NCBI GenBank assembly: GCA_963693365.1
Contig: CAVNZM010000003.1
Span: 14,540,914 to 14,604,913, forward strand
DNA: 64,000 bases
Direction of reading: 5' to 3'
Origin: Amoebidium appalachense
Lineage: Eukaryota; Protista; Ichthyosporea
Part shown: positions 37,478-49,500 of the stretch, piece after piece
Layout: each line of letters starts with the position of its first letter
Numbering within the stretch: the first letter of the stretch is position 1
Translations under genes and position numbers: made by a program
Notes under the pieces: generated by a model
Told to the model about the DNA's origin: nothing
What the model saw: the letters and a program-made list of their open reading frames with translations, nothing else
Databases searched by the model: none

Positions 37478-39924
37478 GCTGACCGGCGGAGAGAAAGATA
37501 GGGAGAATGAAAAAGGAATATATAGCTGTAAGGCTGTGAGTGCTAAACACAGAAGATGTGTTTGTAGCTTGCTGATCTGCTAAACACTGTCGTGCTTATA
37601 TACCTAAGCCTACCAATTTGAGCCAATCAAAATCGATCTAGTGATATGTGAAATCTGATCCGAGCCAATCGAAACTCGGTCTAGTGATATGTGGAATCTG
37701 ATGTTTTGATTGGCTAATAGGTGCTCGTGTGCGGGCAGCCAACCGCGAACTGCTAAAACACGAAATGAAGCCTACATGGTTATGTTGATACCGAACACCC
37801 ATCCTACGTGTTTACCCAGAAAAAATATTTATGTCAATAAATTCCACAAATAAAACCAAAACGAAAAACGAAAGCAAAATGAAATGGAAACACGAAAATG
37901 AAAGGAACGAATGCACAACACTGCTTAGGTTGCAATGCACACGGCCCCCGCTATGTTACGAAGACAAGGAAACTGTTGCTCTTGCGTGCATTGCGCTATT
38001 GCACACTGTCATCGTGTCCATGCCACTGCGTGCACGTCCACACTCGCAACTCAGATGCACGGCCACTTTCAGCACAAATGCACTTAAAGAAGAAGATAGT
38101 CGCTGTTGCTATAGCATGTAGGACCTAAGATCTTATGAAAGTAGTGTTGCATGCATGCTTCGAATCCCTTGCTGTTGTCGAATACAGCATGCCCCATAGT
38201 TTAGCGCACAGGATGCACAACATGCGCATGAATGTATGCTGGCATGCCTAAACACATTACGAACATATGCCTCATGTATGGCCCTTCCTGGTGCCATGCC
38301 CAAACGAATTTGCACTCTTGGTGCACAGAAGGCATGTTGTTAATAAAGTCGATGCAGAACTTTTGTTCGTGCATGTGAAAGACAAACGAAGGTGTGGGGT
38401 ACGAATTTAATGGTACTTGCCAGTCTGTGGCAATACTGTAACATACGAATTACACTGTCAAGCCTTGCACTAGCTGCCGGCACACCCCCACCAGAACAAA
38501 AGAATGTGGTATGGGCACCGTTCCCTCACAACCCCAGCATACAGTGTCAGTATTTTGGCTGGAAGCCTTTCAGTTTCGAATTACGAATACCCTCCTTCAC
38601 TACTGAAGAAAGTGACGTGGAAGACGAATACGAATACGAATGCAAGGTGTTGTTGACTAACACATCGGACCATCATGTGTACCTAGGCCCTGGTACGGAG
38701 ATGACCATGTTATTCCCTTGCAATATGATGACACTGTAACAATTTAGCACGTGCATACCCCACCAATGGGCACATGCGGGAGACAACCCCACAAGCTGCC
38801 TTATTGGGCACCTCTGCTAAACGAATATTCTTCTCACGAAGGAACAGAGGAATGCCACGAACACGAACCACACACTCCCCAGGCAGCTACTTACGTCTGA
38901 TGTATGAAAGTAGTAGGTGTGTGAATGGGGTAACTTCATGAACACCAACACGAAAGAAAGCACAGCACAAAGCAGTTCCACGAATACGAATGGTTTTAGT
39001 ATTCCACACAACGAACAGAACCTACAGTAGGGCCACCTACAAATGAAGCAGAGGATGGGGCACCATCCAGACCTGCACTGGAGGATATGAAAACACGAAG
39101 CGCGCTCACGAAGTTGCTTACAAAAGAAAGGGCGACTGCGACGACTTTTCTTTTTAGGCCAAGCCTCCAGAAGAATGTATTATGCCTGGAATCCCCCTGC
39201 TCAACGAAAATCGCTGGCTCATGGGATACGAAAACTGCTCACGAATGGAAGCATGTGTTTTCTGATCACGAATAAGGCTTGCTTTGCCTACCCTCGTCTT
39301 ATGAATTATGAACCGGGTTTTTACTGGTTCTGACGGGCTGATATATTTTTGTATGTCGCCCAACGAAGAACACTTAGGGCATTTTTATTCATGTTTTTCC
39401 CAGCTCCGATGATGCAGGGTTAAAGCTGAAAGGAAAGAAGTGCTCTTTGTTCATGAAAGAAGTGGCTTTTCTGGCCATGGTGACTCGCCTTAATGATCTT
39501 AAGGTAGAACCGGGATAAGGGGCAGCGCTAAGAAGCTATCCGCCACTACCTGAGCTGCGAAGTGACCTAAGGCTTGAGTTATATTCATTATCGAATGCTT
39601 GGTATGATCATTCATCCACACAACCAAATTACTCGCAATTGAAAACGAATCTGGGGGAGTATCCTAAAAAGGAAAAATTCCCAAAAAGGAAAATATTACT
39701 TCTACAGAAAAAGCCAGGCACAGAGACGAAGCGAACAATTCGCACGAACACTCTGCAACAATCTTCGCCACGAAAATGAAAGCACAGAAGAATGCTGCAT
39801 GAATTTACGTTTTGGCAAACGAAGAAGTGCTCATAGACGTGCACAACTCTATTCAACCGTCCTTGCTCTGTTCTGCCCAGCAGCTCGGCGCACAAGAAAT
39901 CTCGCTGATGGTTGTTTATTGCCT

Positions 39925-40514
39925 GGGGGGCGGGTTGGTGCAATGGTAAGATCTCTGCGTGTCAAGCTCAAAGTCGCAGGATCGATCCTGGTTACTTCCG
40001 ATTTTTCTGCCTCGACGGTCCACCGGGCTGGCCGCCCCCTAGAAGCCATCACCCCAGACCACGTCAAGCAGCACCACCAATTTGTTATCATCCGGCCGCA
40101 AGACATGACGTCATGAACAGCACCGGCCCTCTGACGTCGACGGCGCGCCGCTTGGGCATCCCAGCCCAACGTTCAAGTGGGAGACCAATCCGAGTCACCG
40201 GCCACGGTTCGGGTCAGCGTCCTGGGCATGGGGTCTTCCCCTTTCAAGTCTTTATGTTTGTGTATGTGTCCCGGGTCACTCCTGGCTGGTGTTGTTAAAG
40301 TGAGCTGTGCTCACTTCCCCACTAGCGTTGCTGCGGCTAGAACCGTGGGATAAGGCGTAACTAATAATAGTGCCAGTTGGGGTCAATTAGAATCCTGACT
40401 TATGAGTGTGCTATACAGTACGATCTGTGTCTAGGCGGAAGACGGTAAGCTCCCCTGAGGCAGTGCCTCGCCGGGAGTGAAACGGGATAAATAAAAATAA
40501 ATAAAAATAAAAAA
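39925..40514 (+). mobile_element. tRNA-derived SINE
   Basis: A box TGGTGCAATGG and B-box-like GGATCGATCC; possible Asp-like GTC loop; (TAAAA)n tail. Exact 14-bp TSD GTTGTTTATTGCCT (39911-24, 40515-28). Confidence 0.88.
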
Positions 40515-41159
40515 GTTGTTTATTGCCTCTCAGCCTGGTGGTTTGCTTGTCTAACGACACCACCAGGCTCCCGACAAGGGGGGAGTGTAAACAACTGTAC
40601 ACATGAACTGTACATGTTTACTAAAGAATGTGATCTACTAGCACACGATTCGTGCTTTGTCATGAATATCACATAAATATTACTAAGTATGTCCGCACCA
40701 ATAGGACTCACTCTGACCTAAGAATTGAACCATATATGATTCTATTGCTGCATACCACATAAACGAAGTGGACCAATAAGGGGTTTGCATAAATAGGACG
40801 AAGGTCTGACTGGCTCGGACCGCACCAGAATCACGAATGGCATGTTGCCACCCGCGCTGGCCGCGGATGAACCAATCCTGGGCCTTGATCCGAAACCTGG
40901 GGGCTATATAACAAAGCCGTCCCAGTACGGGGATCACATCAGTGAAGTCTGAGACAGACTGAGTCGGCCCATGGTAAAAGCAACCTGGCCGCGTGTGCCT
41001 TTCTACCCGTTCTCTGTCTTTATTTTGATTCAGTTGTACTCTGCCTTATCCTAACTAGTCCAACTGTTTACAGATATCTGGGCATATGGATGCAATTTTT
41101 ATATTTCTTTTGACTGGATTTATTCGACGGAAAGATATGCAAGTATGCACGGCATACTG

Positions 41160-41602
41160 AGAAGACAATAAAAATTTCACGAGTTATCCAGTAACAAGTG
41201 CATACTGAGATACCTGAACACTGTGTGAAAATCATATAAATACTCAATGTGACGACCAGCAGAATTCAACAAAAAGTCTAAAGTGTTCACATTTCCAGCC
41301 AGTGTAGCAGACACCCGTAGGGAAAGAGGTAAAACGCGACATAAAAACTCACACCTATCAACATGCTTTTGATTAAAAAGTTCAGCACAAAAGCGGCACC
41401 AGCGGCGATGAAAAAAAGAATTACAACGCCACTGCACAACTCCCCAGGCAATATCAACATCAGAGCACCATACAGACTTATCTACTAGGGTGGTATCCAT
41501 ACGTACAGCAGGAGCAATGTATCTCAGGCTGCCAAAGCTCCCAAAAAGCGATAATATTGATCAGTACGGTGTTGCCTAAGGAACATAACACATGCCGACT
41601 GA
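41160..41602 (-). pseudogene. LINE 3' fragment (C-terminal zinc-finger region)
   Basis: QWRCNSF..WCRFC..KHVDRC motif. Collinear continuation of 50671-51330 and 42327-42432 once the two LTR insertions are removed. Confidence 0.6.
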
Positions 41603-41607
41603 GTTCT

Positions 41608-42321
41608 TGTTGTTTTGTGTGGGTAAACGGGGAAGCAGAGTGCACAGATGGGTGTTATGTTATACACAACACAGAGACACACGGGAGAAACACAACCGGA
41701 GAGGTGGAACGATTACTGGGGCCATAGGAAATGATTCGACTGCTTGATATTTATTTCAAGATGAAGTCCCTTTTATACTTGGGAATGTGAAATCGATAAA
41801 CCAATCAGAAAGACGAAAACTATGAGTGTAAAATATATCGATCGAAATGTCTGTCGACACATAGAAGATAAATGCAATCCTCTAATGAAAGTAACTTCTA
41901 ATAAAAACACGGAAACATTTAACAAAATGAAACCACTTATGTAACTATTAGTTCACATCATACATTTATACATGTTCTTAACATAACACGTTTAAATATA
42001 AGTATTCCTAATGGTCGGAGAACATAGAGCAATGCTACGTCGTGAGAAAAGAAGGGAAAGGAATGGGAAAGGAATGTAAGTTACTATATTTGGGAAAATA
42101 CAATCGAGATCTGATTGGACGACATATTTAGATATTGACACAAACGACAATACGTGTGCGCGAGCTAAATATCTCGATACGTACACAGATCTAAGATATC
42201 GGTGTACACGGAAACAGAAAGGAAAGAAAGGAAAAGGGAAAAGGAAACAAACTACAGCAAACTAATAAACATATATAAAACTCAACTTCTAAGTCTTGCT
42301 ATGAATCATGGGAAGATGACA
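41608..42321 (-). mobile_element. Solo LTR of the Copia family
   Basis: Diverged copy of the 17946/23828 LTR, with TSD GTTCT/GTTTT. Confidence 0.93.
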
Positions 42322-43094
42322 GTTTTACCTTTGATTTCTCTATCAGAACGAGAAAGAAACTTATACTGCATATGGTAATAACTCGAAAAGGCAGAAAGAA
42401 CAGGAAGAGAAAAAGAAAGAGAGAGTGAGATATGTAAACATCTGTACACGCCGTACATGTTTACTATTACGAATATACTGTACATATCATAGTGATCACG
42501 TAGATATTGTGTACATATGATCAGATCAATATCACACGCGACAGCCGCGGGCTGCGGCTCACGACTGAGCCGCGGCGCCGGCAATATGCAGTGGCCGTGC
42601 AGTCAGTATGAACCAATAGAATTCGAGAACCGCTAGGATAGGAATGCAAGTCTCATCCACTACGGAGGCGACATCTATAGCTAAACGAACGGAACCAATA
42701 AGGAAATCAGACCCAGTTGCATAAACCTAAACGGGCTTAAGTATTGACCAATCATTTGCCACAAAGTTATCCTTTTAGTTAGCTTCATGTTATTGGTGCA
42801 CTGTGTGCACATAAAGACGACCGCACTCTTCTGACTGGTCAGAAGTCACGAAGGCATCAATGCCACCCATCCAGATGATCCGGAACCTGGGGGCTATATA
42901 AACAAGCCGTCCCAGTACGGGGGATCACTCTGAACGAGCACATTAAATAGTAACCTGGCCGCGTGTGCCTTACTACCCGTTCTCTGTCTTTATTCTGATT
43001 CAGTTGTTCTCTGCCTTATCCCAACTAGTTCAACTGTTTACATTGGCGACCGCGCAGTTCCAGAATCTCACATCTTTCAAGAATCTCTTCAACC

Positions 43095-45095
43095 ATGGCG
43101 GGCGAATTTGACGACTACCCTGTACTCTCGGACAATGAAAGCAAACTGACACGTGACACCAAGAAGCCTACCGCAGTCAAACCGCCGCCCCCAACGCAGA
43201 AGAAAGCCAAGACTCCGGGGCAGGGCACGAAAACACTCCCCACCCCTCCCCCTACACAGCCTCGTGCTCCCCAGAAACCGAACACGATCACAAAACCCAA
43301 CACACACACGAACACAAAGGCAACTACGAAGCCCACTGGCAACGAACAAACGAAGCCCAACGAAAGCACGAAACCCAAAGACAAAACGAAGCGCAACGAA
43401 CACACGAAAACCAACGAACATACGAACACCAACGAACACACGAACACCAACAAACACACGAACGAACTTCAAGTAGCAACGAAGGAAAAAACGAAACAAG
43501 ACCGGGACACTGCCACAGCTCTGGCAGAGGTGCGGGGCCGTGTTCTCTCCAAGTTCTATCGTATTGAAACTCTGAGACGTGCCATTCAAACTGCAATCGA
43601 TGCTGGGCGGCCTGTGATGGACCTCGAAGCTGATGTCGCGCAGATTTACAGTGAGATTTCGCAGATGGAAGACACCACACTGTCTAGAATGTTGTGCACG
43701 TCCGCGAAATGGTCTGAGTTGGAGCGGGAAGCACAGTTGGTGGCTGAGGCACGTGTGAAAAATACGACGGTGCCCACCACCCCCCGTCCTCCCCCACCCA
43801 CCACAGGCAAGAAGCCTTTGTCCCCGGTCCCATCTGGGTGCACTGATCCCAAGGTAATTGCACCTCCCGCACCCCCCACTAAATTTACATATAAGGATGT
43901 GCTTGCGCGCACACTCAGCTACACTGATTCTGATGCTGAAAATGAAGAAAAACACGAACAAAGTTACGAAGACACACCCACAAACGAAAACGAACACATG
44001 ACTGCGAAAGTGCATGAAGAAGATCACTTCGACCAGCCTAAAGCACCCGTATTTAACGAAATCCCCCTTGCAGGATCCCCTCTGGCGTCTGCAGGTGGAC
44101 TGGCAGGCACGCCAAGTCGCCCGAGAGGCTCTGATGTCAGCACAGGCTCAGGAGGTAAGGCTGGGTCTATATTGAACAAGCACTTTGCAGAGCACGAAAA
44201 ACTGTGGTTGCACCCTCTCCGCCAGTTGCATGCATCCGAATACGGCCCCATCTTGGCTGCATTGAAACTACCAGAATACAAGGGTGACTTGCAGGATAAA
44301 TGCACGGTGATTGAATGGCTGCACGAATTTTCCCAGCAGATGTTTTGCATTGCAGGGGTCCCCCCCACACTTGCTGTTCGCTGGGCGGTGCAGTGCTTTC
44401 CTCTTGCTTCCCCCGCCCGTGTGTGGTACACGAATTTTACCAGGACACAGGGAGAACTCACGTTTGATGCATTTGCACATGCACTAGTTACGAAATTTCA
44501 CGACCAGCGTGTGCAAGAGGCACTCAGTGCCGAATTAAATGCACTCAAACAAGGCAAGCAAAAGGTGGCCGAATTTGCAAGCAGGCATGCGCGTTTGTGG
44601 GCACGTGTGTACCCCCTTAAGTCTGAGGCACACCAAATTTTGGATTTGTCTCACCGATTGGGTGGGGAAGACGAACAAGAATTTCGCAAATATCAACTCA
44701 GACAAACACGAAAAGAAGAAGAATTGACCCTGTCTGGAGTTGTTGCCTATCTCGCAGAAAAAGAAAGAGACAGGCACACACGAACCCCATCCACCATTCT
44801 AACACAGAAACCCCCCACAAAACAGCAACCCGGTGGTGGATCTGGTGCCAGCGAGAAGCCGTCTATTTTTTCGCGCATGGGCACCACCCCCTGCAACCGT
44901 GGGTGCAAGTACGGCAGCCACGCCGAAGGCAAGACGTGCCCGGCCCTCAAATTCGAATGCCACTCCTGCAAGCAGAAGGGGCACTTTGGGGGGTCACCAA
45001 TTTGCCCCAAGTACGACCCCAACTTTAAGAAGGGAACCCGCAAGGCAGAGATTGAGGCTAATCGGGCCAAGTTCAAGAGAGCACGTGTAGAATAG
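43095..45095 (+). CDS. Gypsy Gag (666 aa)
   Basis: Capsid-like LPEYKGD..WLHEF..ARVWY..LKQG..VAEF; CHSCKQKGHF knuckle; ends in TAG. Confidence 0.9.
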   Translation: MAGEFDDYPVLSDNESKLTRDTKKPTAVKPPPPTQKKAKTPGQGTKTLPTPPPTQPRAPQKPNTITKPNTHTNTKATTKPTGNEQTKPNESTKPKDKTKRNEHTKTNEHTNTNEHTNTNKHTNELQVATKEKTKQDRDTATALAEVRGRVLSKFYRIETLRRAIQTAIDAGRPVMDLEADVAQIYSEISQMEDTTLSRMLCTSAKWSELEREAQLVAEARVKNTTVPTTPRPPPPTTGKKPLSPVPSGCTDPKVIAPPAPPTKFTYKDVLARTLSYTDSDAENEEKHEQSYEDTPTNENEHMTAKVHEEDHFDQPKAPVFNEIPLAGSPLASAGGLAGTPSRPRGSDVSTGSGGKAGSILNKHFAEHEKLWLHPLRQLHASEYGPILAALKLPEYKGDLQDKCTVIEWLHEFSQQMFCIAGVPPTLAVRWAVQCFPLASPARVWYTNFTRTQGELTFDAFAHALVTKFHDQRVQEALSAELNALKQGKQKVAEFASRHARLWARVYPLKSEAHQILDLSHRLGGEDEQEFRKYQLRQTRKEEELTLSGVVAYLAEKERDRHTRTPSTILTQKPPTKQQPGGGSGASEKPSIFSRMGTTPCNRGCKYGSHAEGKTCPALKFECHSCKQKGHFGGSPICPKYDPNFKKGTRKAEIEANRAKFKRARVE

Positions 45096-46565
45096 GAAGG
45101 CGGGCAAGGGACTGGTCTCTCCCCAGTAGAACATAATGTATTTGATTTAATAGCAGAGCTGGAACTGTGTTCCCCTCTGGCAGATAAATTGCAAAATAAA
45201 TCTACTGGTGCGGAAATTTCTGTTGTCTCGGAGCCCTCCCACGAATCTGCATGTGCCCCACCCCCCCACGAACAGTTACCCCCGTGTACTGACCCCCCCA
45301 TGCACACGCACACCCCGCCCCCGCGCAAAAAGAAAAATGTGCATTTTGCTGACCGTGTGCACTCCTCCATTGCAGAACCACGGCATGAAAATGCCACTGT
45401 GTGCACATTAACCCACGAAAATAAATGCACAGCCACACTTGCGCGAATGTATGTGCATGGGAAGCTAGTCACAGTAGTTGTCGACTCTGGTGCTAGCCAT
45501 AGCTGTATAAGCACAGCATTTTACGAATCTCTCCCTGTAGTGGCAAGAAAACGAATTCAGCATGTTCCTAATTTTAGTGTACTGGATGCACAAAGTAACG
45601 AAATGACATGCCAAGGAAGTATATCTCTCACTTTCGCCATTCCCAACGAATCTGCTCTAGTGGTGCACAGATGGCATGTGATTGATAATCTACCATATGA
45701 TGCCTTATTAGGTGTTGATTTCATGGGGCCACAACAGGGACGAATTGATTACGGTGCTGCAGAACTTTCGTTCATGTATGCTAAGGGAAATCGCAGGTGC
45801 AGTATTCCGGTGTGGTGGTTGCGTGGGAGTGCGGAGGAGACAGCTGTTTCTCGCGTATTAATTACCACCACAGGTATTCACCTCCCGGTAGATGCGTCAA
45901 ATATCGCAACGTGTAAAATAAAACTCGCTGCCGGCGCACCACCACCACGAACTTTAGACTGTTGTATGGGCACAGTGGTTCCATGTGGTCCACTTAATTC
46001 ACGGGCTTACACAACAGCATGCAGTGTCACCAGTTTAGCTCGAATTTCGAATAACGAACCCCCCCTCTCCACTAGCGAAGAAAGTGTGATCGAGGACGAA
46101 TACGAATGCAAGGTGTTGTTGACTAACACATCGGACCATCATGTGTACCTAGGCCCTGGTACGGAGGTGGCCATGTTTATTCCCTTGCAATCAGATGACA
46201 CTGTTACTCTTTTAGCACGTCCACACTCCGGTAATGGAACCAGGAGGGCGACAACCCCACACCCTGGCCATCCATTAGGTACCTCTGCTAAAACGAACTT
46301 TTCTTCGCAGGAATCAACCGAAGAACCCACCGAACACGAACCACACACTTTCCAGGCGGCTACTAATATTAACGGTAGTATTAAGGTGTGTGAACGGAGT
46401 AAAATTATGAATATGAGTACGAAAGAGAACACCACACAGCGCAGTTCCACGAAAATGAATGGTTTTGGTAATCCAGCACGAACAAAACCAGAGGTAGGGC
46501 CACCTACTATCGAAGCAGCAGATGGGGCACCATCTACCACTGCACTGGAGGATACGAATAATTGA
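45096..46565 (+). CDS. Gypsy protease region, in frame with gag, ends in TGA
   Basis: VVDSGAS and ALLGVDFM aspartic-protease motifs. The frame is open from the codon right after the gag TAG. Confidence 0.85.
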   Translation, partial: EGGQGTGLSPVEHNVFDLIAELELCSPLADKLQNKSTGAEISVVSEPSHESACAPPPHEQLPPCTDPPMHTHTPPPRKKKNVHFADRVHSSIAEPRHENATVCTLTHENKCTATLARMYVHGKLVTVVVDSGASHSCISTAFYESLPVVARKRIQHVPNFSVLDAQSNEMTCQGSISLTFAIPNESALVVHRWHVIDNLPYDALLGVDFMGPQQGRIDYGAAELSFMYAKGNRRCSIPVWWLRGSAEETAVSRVLITTTGIHLPVDASNIATCKIKLAAGAPPPRTLDCCMGTVVPCGPLNSRAYTTACSVTSLARISNNEPPLSTSEESVIEDEYECKVLLTNTSDHHVYLGPGTEVAMFIPLQSDDTVTLLARPHSGNGTRRATTPHPGHPLGTSAKTNFSSQESTEEPTEHEPHTFQAATNINGSIKVCERSKIMNMSTKENTTQRSSTKMNGFGNPARTKPEVGPPTIEAADGAPSTTALEDTNN

Positions 46566-49500
46566 CGAAAGCGTACGCACGAATGTACCTCCGACGGGGA
46601 AGCCGCCACAGACGACGACTTGCCTTTTGGGGTCAAACCTCCAGAAGAATACGACATGCCTGGAACTCCCCCAGACCAACGGAAACCGTTGGCGAAACGG
46701 ATACGAAAACTGCTTAAGAAATGGAAGCATGTGTTCTCTGCACACGACAACGACTTTGGTTTGAGTACCTTAGACGAACTGTCGATCGAAGTAACTACCA
46801 CCATACCACAGTACCGCAGGCCCTATAACATCCCACATCACCTTCGCGATAGCCTACACAAACAAATTCAAAATTGGGTAGAGTTTGGAGTGATTGAGCC
46901 TGCGTCCAGCCCTTACTCCGCTCCGATGGTGTTGGTGGCGAAAAAGGACGGGTCTTTAAGAGTCTGCATTGATTTTAGAATGCTGAACTTGATTACGAAG
47001 AAAGACGGTTACCCTTTACCACGAATTGACATGGCTCTGGGTATGCTCAGAGGTGCCCGCGTGTTTTCCGCACTTGATTTAAACGGTGGTTACCACCAAG
47101 TCAAAGTAGCCGATAACGACAAAGAAAAACTTGCATTTACCACCCCCTGGGGGCAGTATCAATTCGCACGCGCACCTTTTGGAGTAAGTAACATGCCTGC
47201 TGTCTTTTCAAGGATGATGAACCGTGTATTCGCTGGTATGCTGTGGACACATGTACTCATATATCTCGATGATATATTAGTTATGTCACCCACTATCGAA
47301 GAACATTTTGGGCATTTAGATTCATGTTTTTCCCGGCTCTGTGATGCAGGATTAAAACTGAAAGGCAGAAAATGCTCTTTGTTCATGGAAGAAGTTGGCT
47401 ATTTAGGCCATCGCGTATGCCCGGATGGTATTAAGGTAGACCCAGAAAAAGTGGCAGCAATAAAGAATAAAAGCTACCCACAAAATTTATCTGAGCTACG
47501 AAGTGACCTCGGGTTATTTTCATATTATCGAATATTTGTGGACGATTTCAGCCATACGGCTGAACCACTCACGCGAATGCTGGGCACCTCGAAGGAGGAT
47601 TCAGAATTACTAAAACGAATTCACGCAAAAATGCCCCCCTCTACGAAACCCGCCAAACGCAACGGCAGCGCAAAACAACGAAAAGACGAAGCAAAAAATT
47701 TGCACGCCGATTCTGCAGCTATTTTGGCCACGAAAAAGAAAGCACAGAAAAATGCTGCATGGGTGTGGGGTACGGAACAGGAGAAAGCATACGATACCCT
47801 TAAGAATGCGTTAATTAATGCACCTGTGCTTGCTCACCCCGATTTCACCAAACCTTTTATTGTTGACTCAGATGCTTCACAGTATGCTCTGGGCGCAGTG
47901 ATTTCGCAGGTAGGTGATGACGGCAAAGAACGACCCATAGCTTATGCTAGCAGAACACTCTCTAAGAGTGAACGAAATTATGCGGCGAATAAAAGGGAAG
48001 CCTTAGGTGTGTATTGGGCTGTGTGCAAAGCATTTCGCGCTTACACCTATGGGGCTCCTTTCTTGTTACGAACCGACCACTCCAGCTTGACGCGCATTCT
48101 GTCTACCGGCGATGCACCGGAACCTGTTGTTGCAGGCTGGCAAATGGCGCTTTCCGCATACACATACGAAATTCAGCACAGGGCGGGCAAACACCACAGC
48201 AATGCTGATGGACTCTCTCGGCCATCTAAAGAAAATGCGCAACCAGGACCCGAAGATACTGAGCTGACATACCCCTCACTGATCGGCACAGTCTCGGGCT
48301 CGTCCACGGTGTTTGCGGTAACACGCTCCGCCGCAGCGACAGCGCAGGCACAAGCTGCCACCCACCCACCCCCAGCTGAACCCACGAAACCTAATACCAC
48401 GCCGCCAGAATTTATTCCCCCAAAAGCGGATGGACGAATGCCCACCTATGAACAGTATGTGTCAGCACAGAAGGCTGATAAACACATTGCGAAAGTCAGG
48501 GCCTACCTGGAAAAAGCACCGGGCTACGAATTATTTGGCAACGAAATCGCGATGGAAGCTAGTCGCTGCACCATAGACAATGACCTTGTGTATGTGTGGG
48601 TCCTAGAACAGCGTGGCCCCCGCAAACCCAGCAAGGAACCACGAATTTGGGTGCCGTCTACGCTTGTGCGCCTCGTTTTGGCCGCATGTCACGACGCCCC
48701 AACCGCAGGTCACCTCGACGCAGCACGCACCTTCCACCGTGTTACCCAGATAGCATGGTGGCCACGTGTATGGCAAGACTCGGTGCAGTGGGTAACCACA
48801 TGCAAAGCCTGTCAATACCGGAAGACACCCCGAATGCAAAAGAAACTACGAATTCACGATGGTTTTATCCCCACCTATCCCTTTCAATACGTGTCTATGG
48901 ACATTACTGAGATGCCTACGAAATCTGATCTCAGAGTTTCCCTGTTGGTGTTTCTCGACCTCTTCACTCGCTGGCCGGAAGTGATTTTATTTCACAAAAC
49001 ACCCACAGCCGAAGATGTGGCAAAGGCATTCGAAGACTCCATCTACTGCCGTCACGGTCGTCCGGAATTTTTAGTATCAGACAACGGCGCGAATTTGGCA
49101 GCTATGTTGGTCACAGATGTCTGTCGAGTGTTGGCTACAAAACGAATTTTTGCAAGTCCCTACAGCCCCCAGACCAATGGTGCCGTAGAGCGATTCAATC
49201 GCACACTTAAGAATATTCTTGCCACTCTCGTGCAGGATAAACACCACGAATGGATTGACTACTTACCGCAAGTACTGTTTTCCTACCGCACCGCCTACCA
49301 CTCTTCCTTGGGGGACACGCAATTCTTCATGCTTTATGGCAGAGATCCGGTCGAGCCCCCCCGCCCCCCAATTGCGGCTTCATGTGGGATGGAGACGGAG
49401 GAATACCGTCGAGAACTACTGCAACGAGTGCAGTATGCCCGGCAAACAGTCACACGAATTATGTCTGAAGCTGCCCGTCGTAGTAAAATCACGGCTAACA

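Larger units (their letters stand above)
32447..37857 (-). mobile_element. Complete Ngaro-type tyrosine-recombinase retrotransposon
   Basis: A1 (37508-37857) - gag - RT/RH - YR - B1 (33016-33104), A2 (32666-33015), spacer, B2 (32447-32535). No methyltransferase domain and no TSD. Confidence 0.95.
31509..41072 (+). mobile_element. Non-autonomous (LARD-like) Gypsy LTR element related to the chromodomain element; hosts a Ngaro and a SINE
   Basis: LTRs at 31509-31988 and 40586-41072 (TGTAAAC..GTTTACA) differ by a 7-bp indel and about 1 substitution. TSD GATAT; PBS TTGGCGACCGCGCAG; PPT AAGGGGGGAG. Eroded pro/RT remnants (EYECKVLLTNTSDHHVYLGPGTE; WKHVFS; LKLKGKKCSLF). Confidence 0.92.

Noticed and set aside
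39925-40000. Functional tRNA gene
   Set aside because: Acceptor and anticodon stems pair poorly, and it lies within a TSD-flanked, A-tailed unit; treated as a SINE head.
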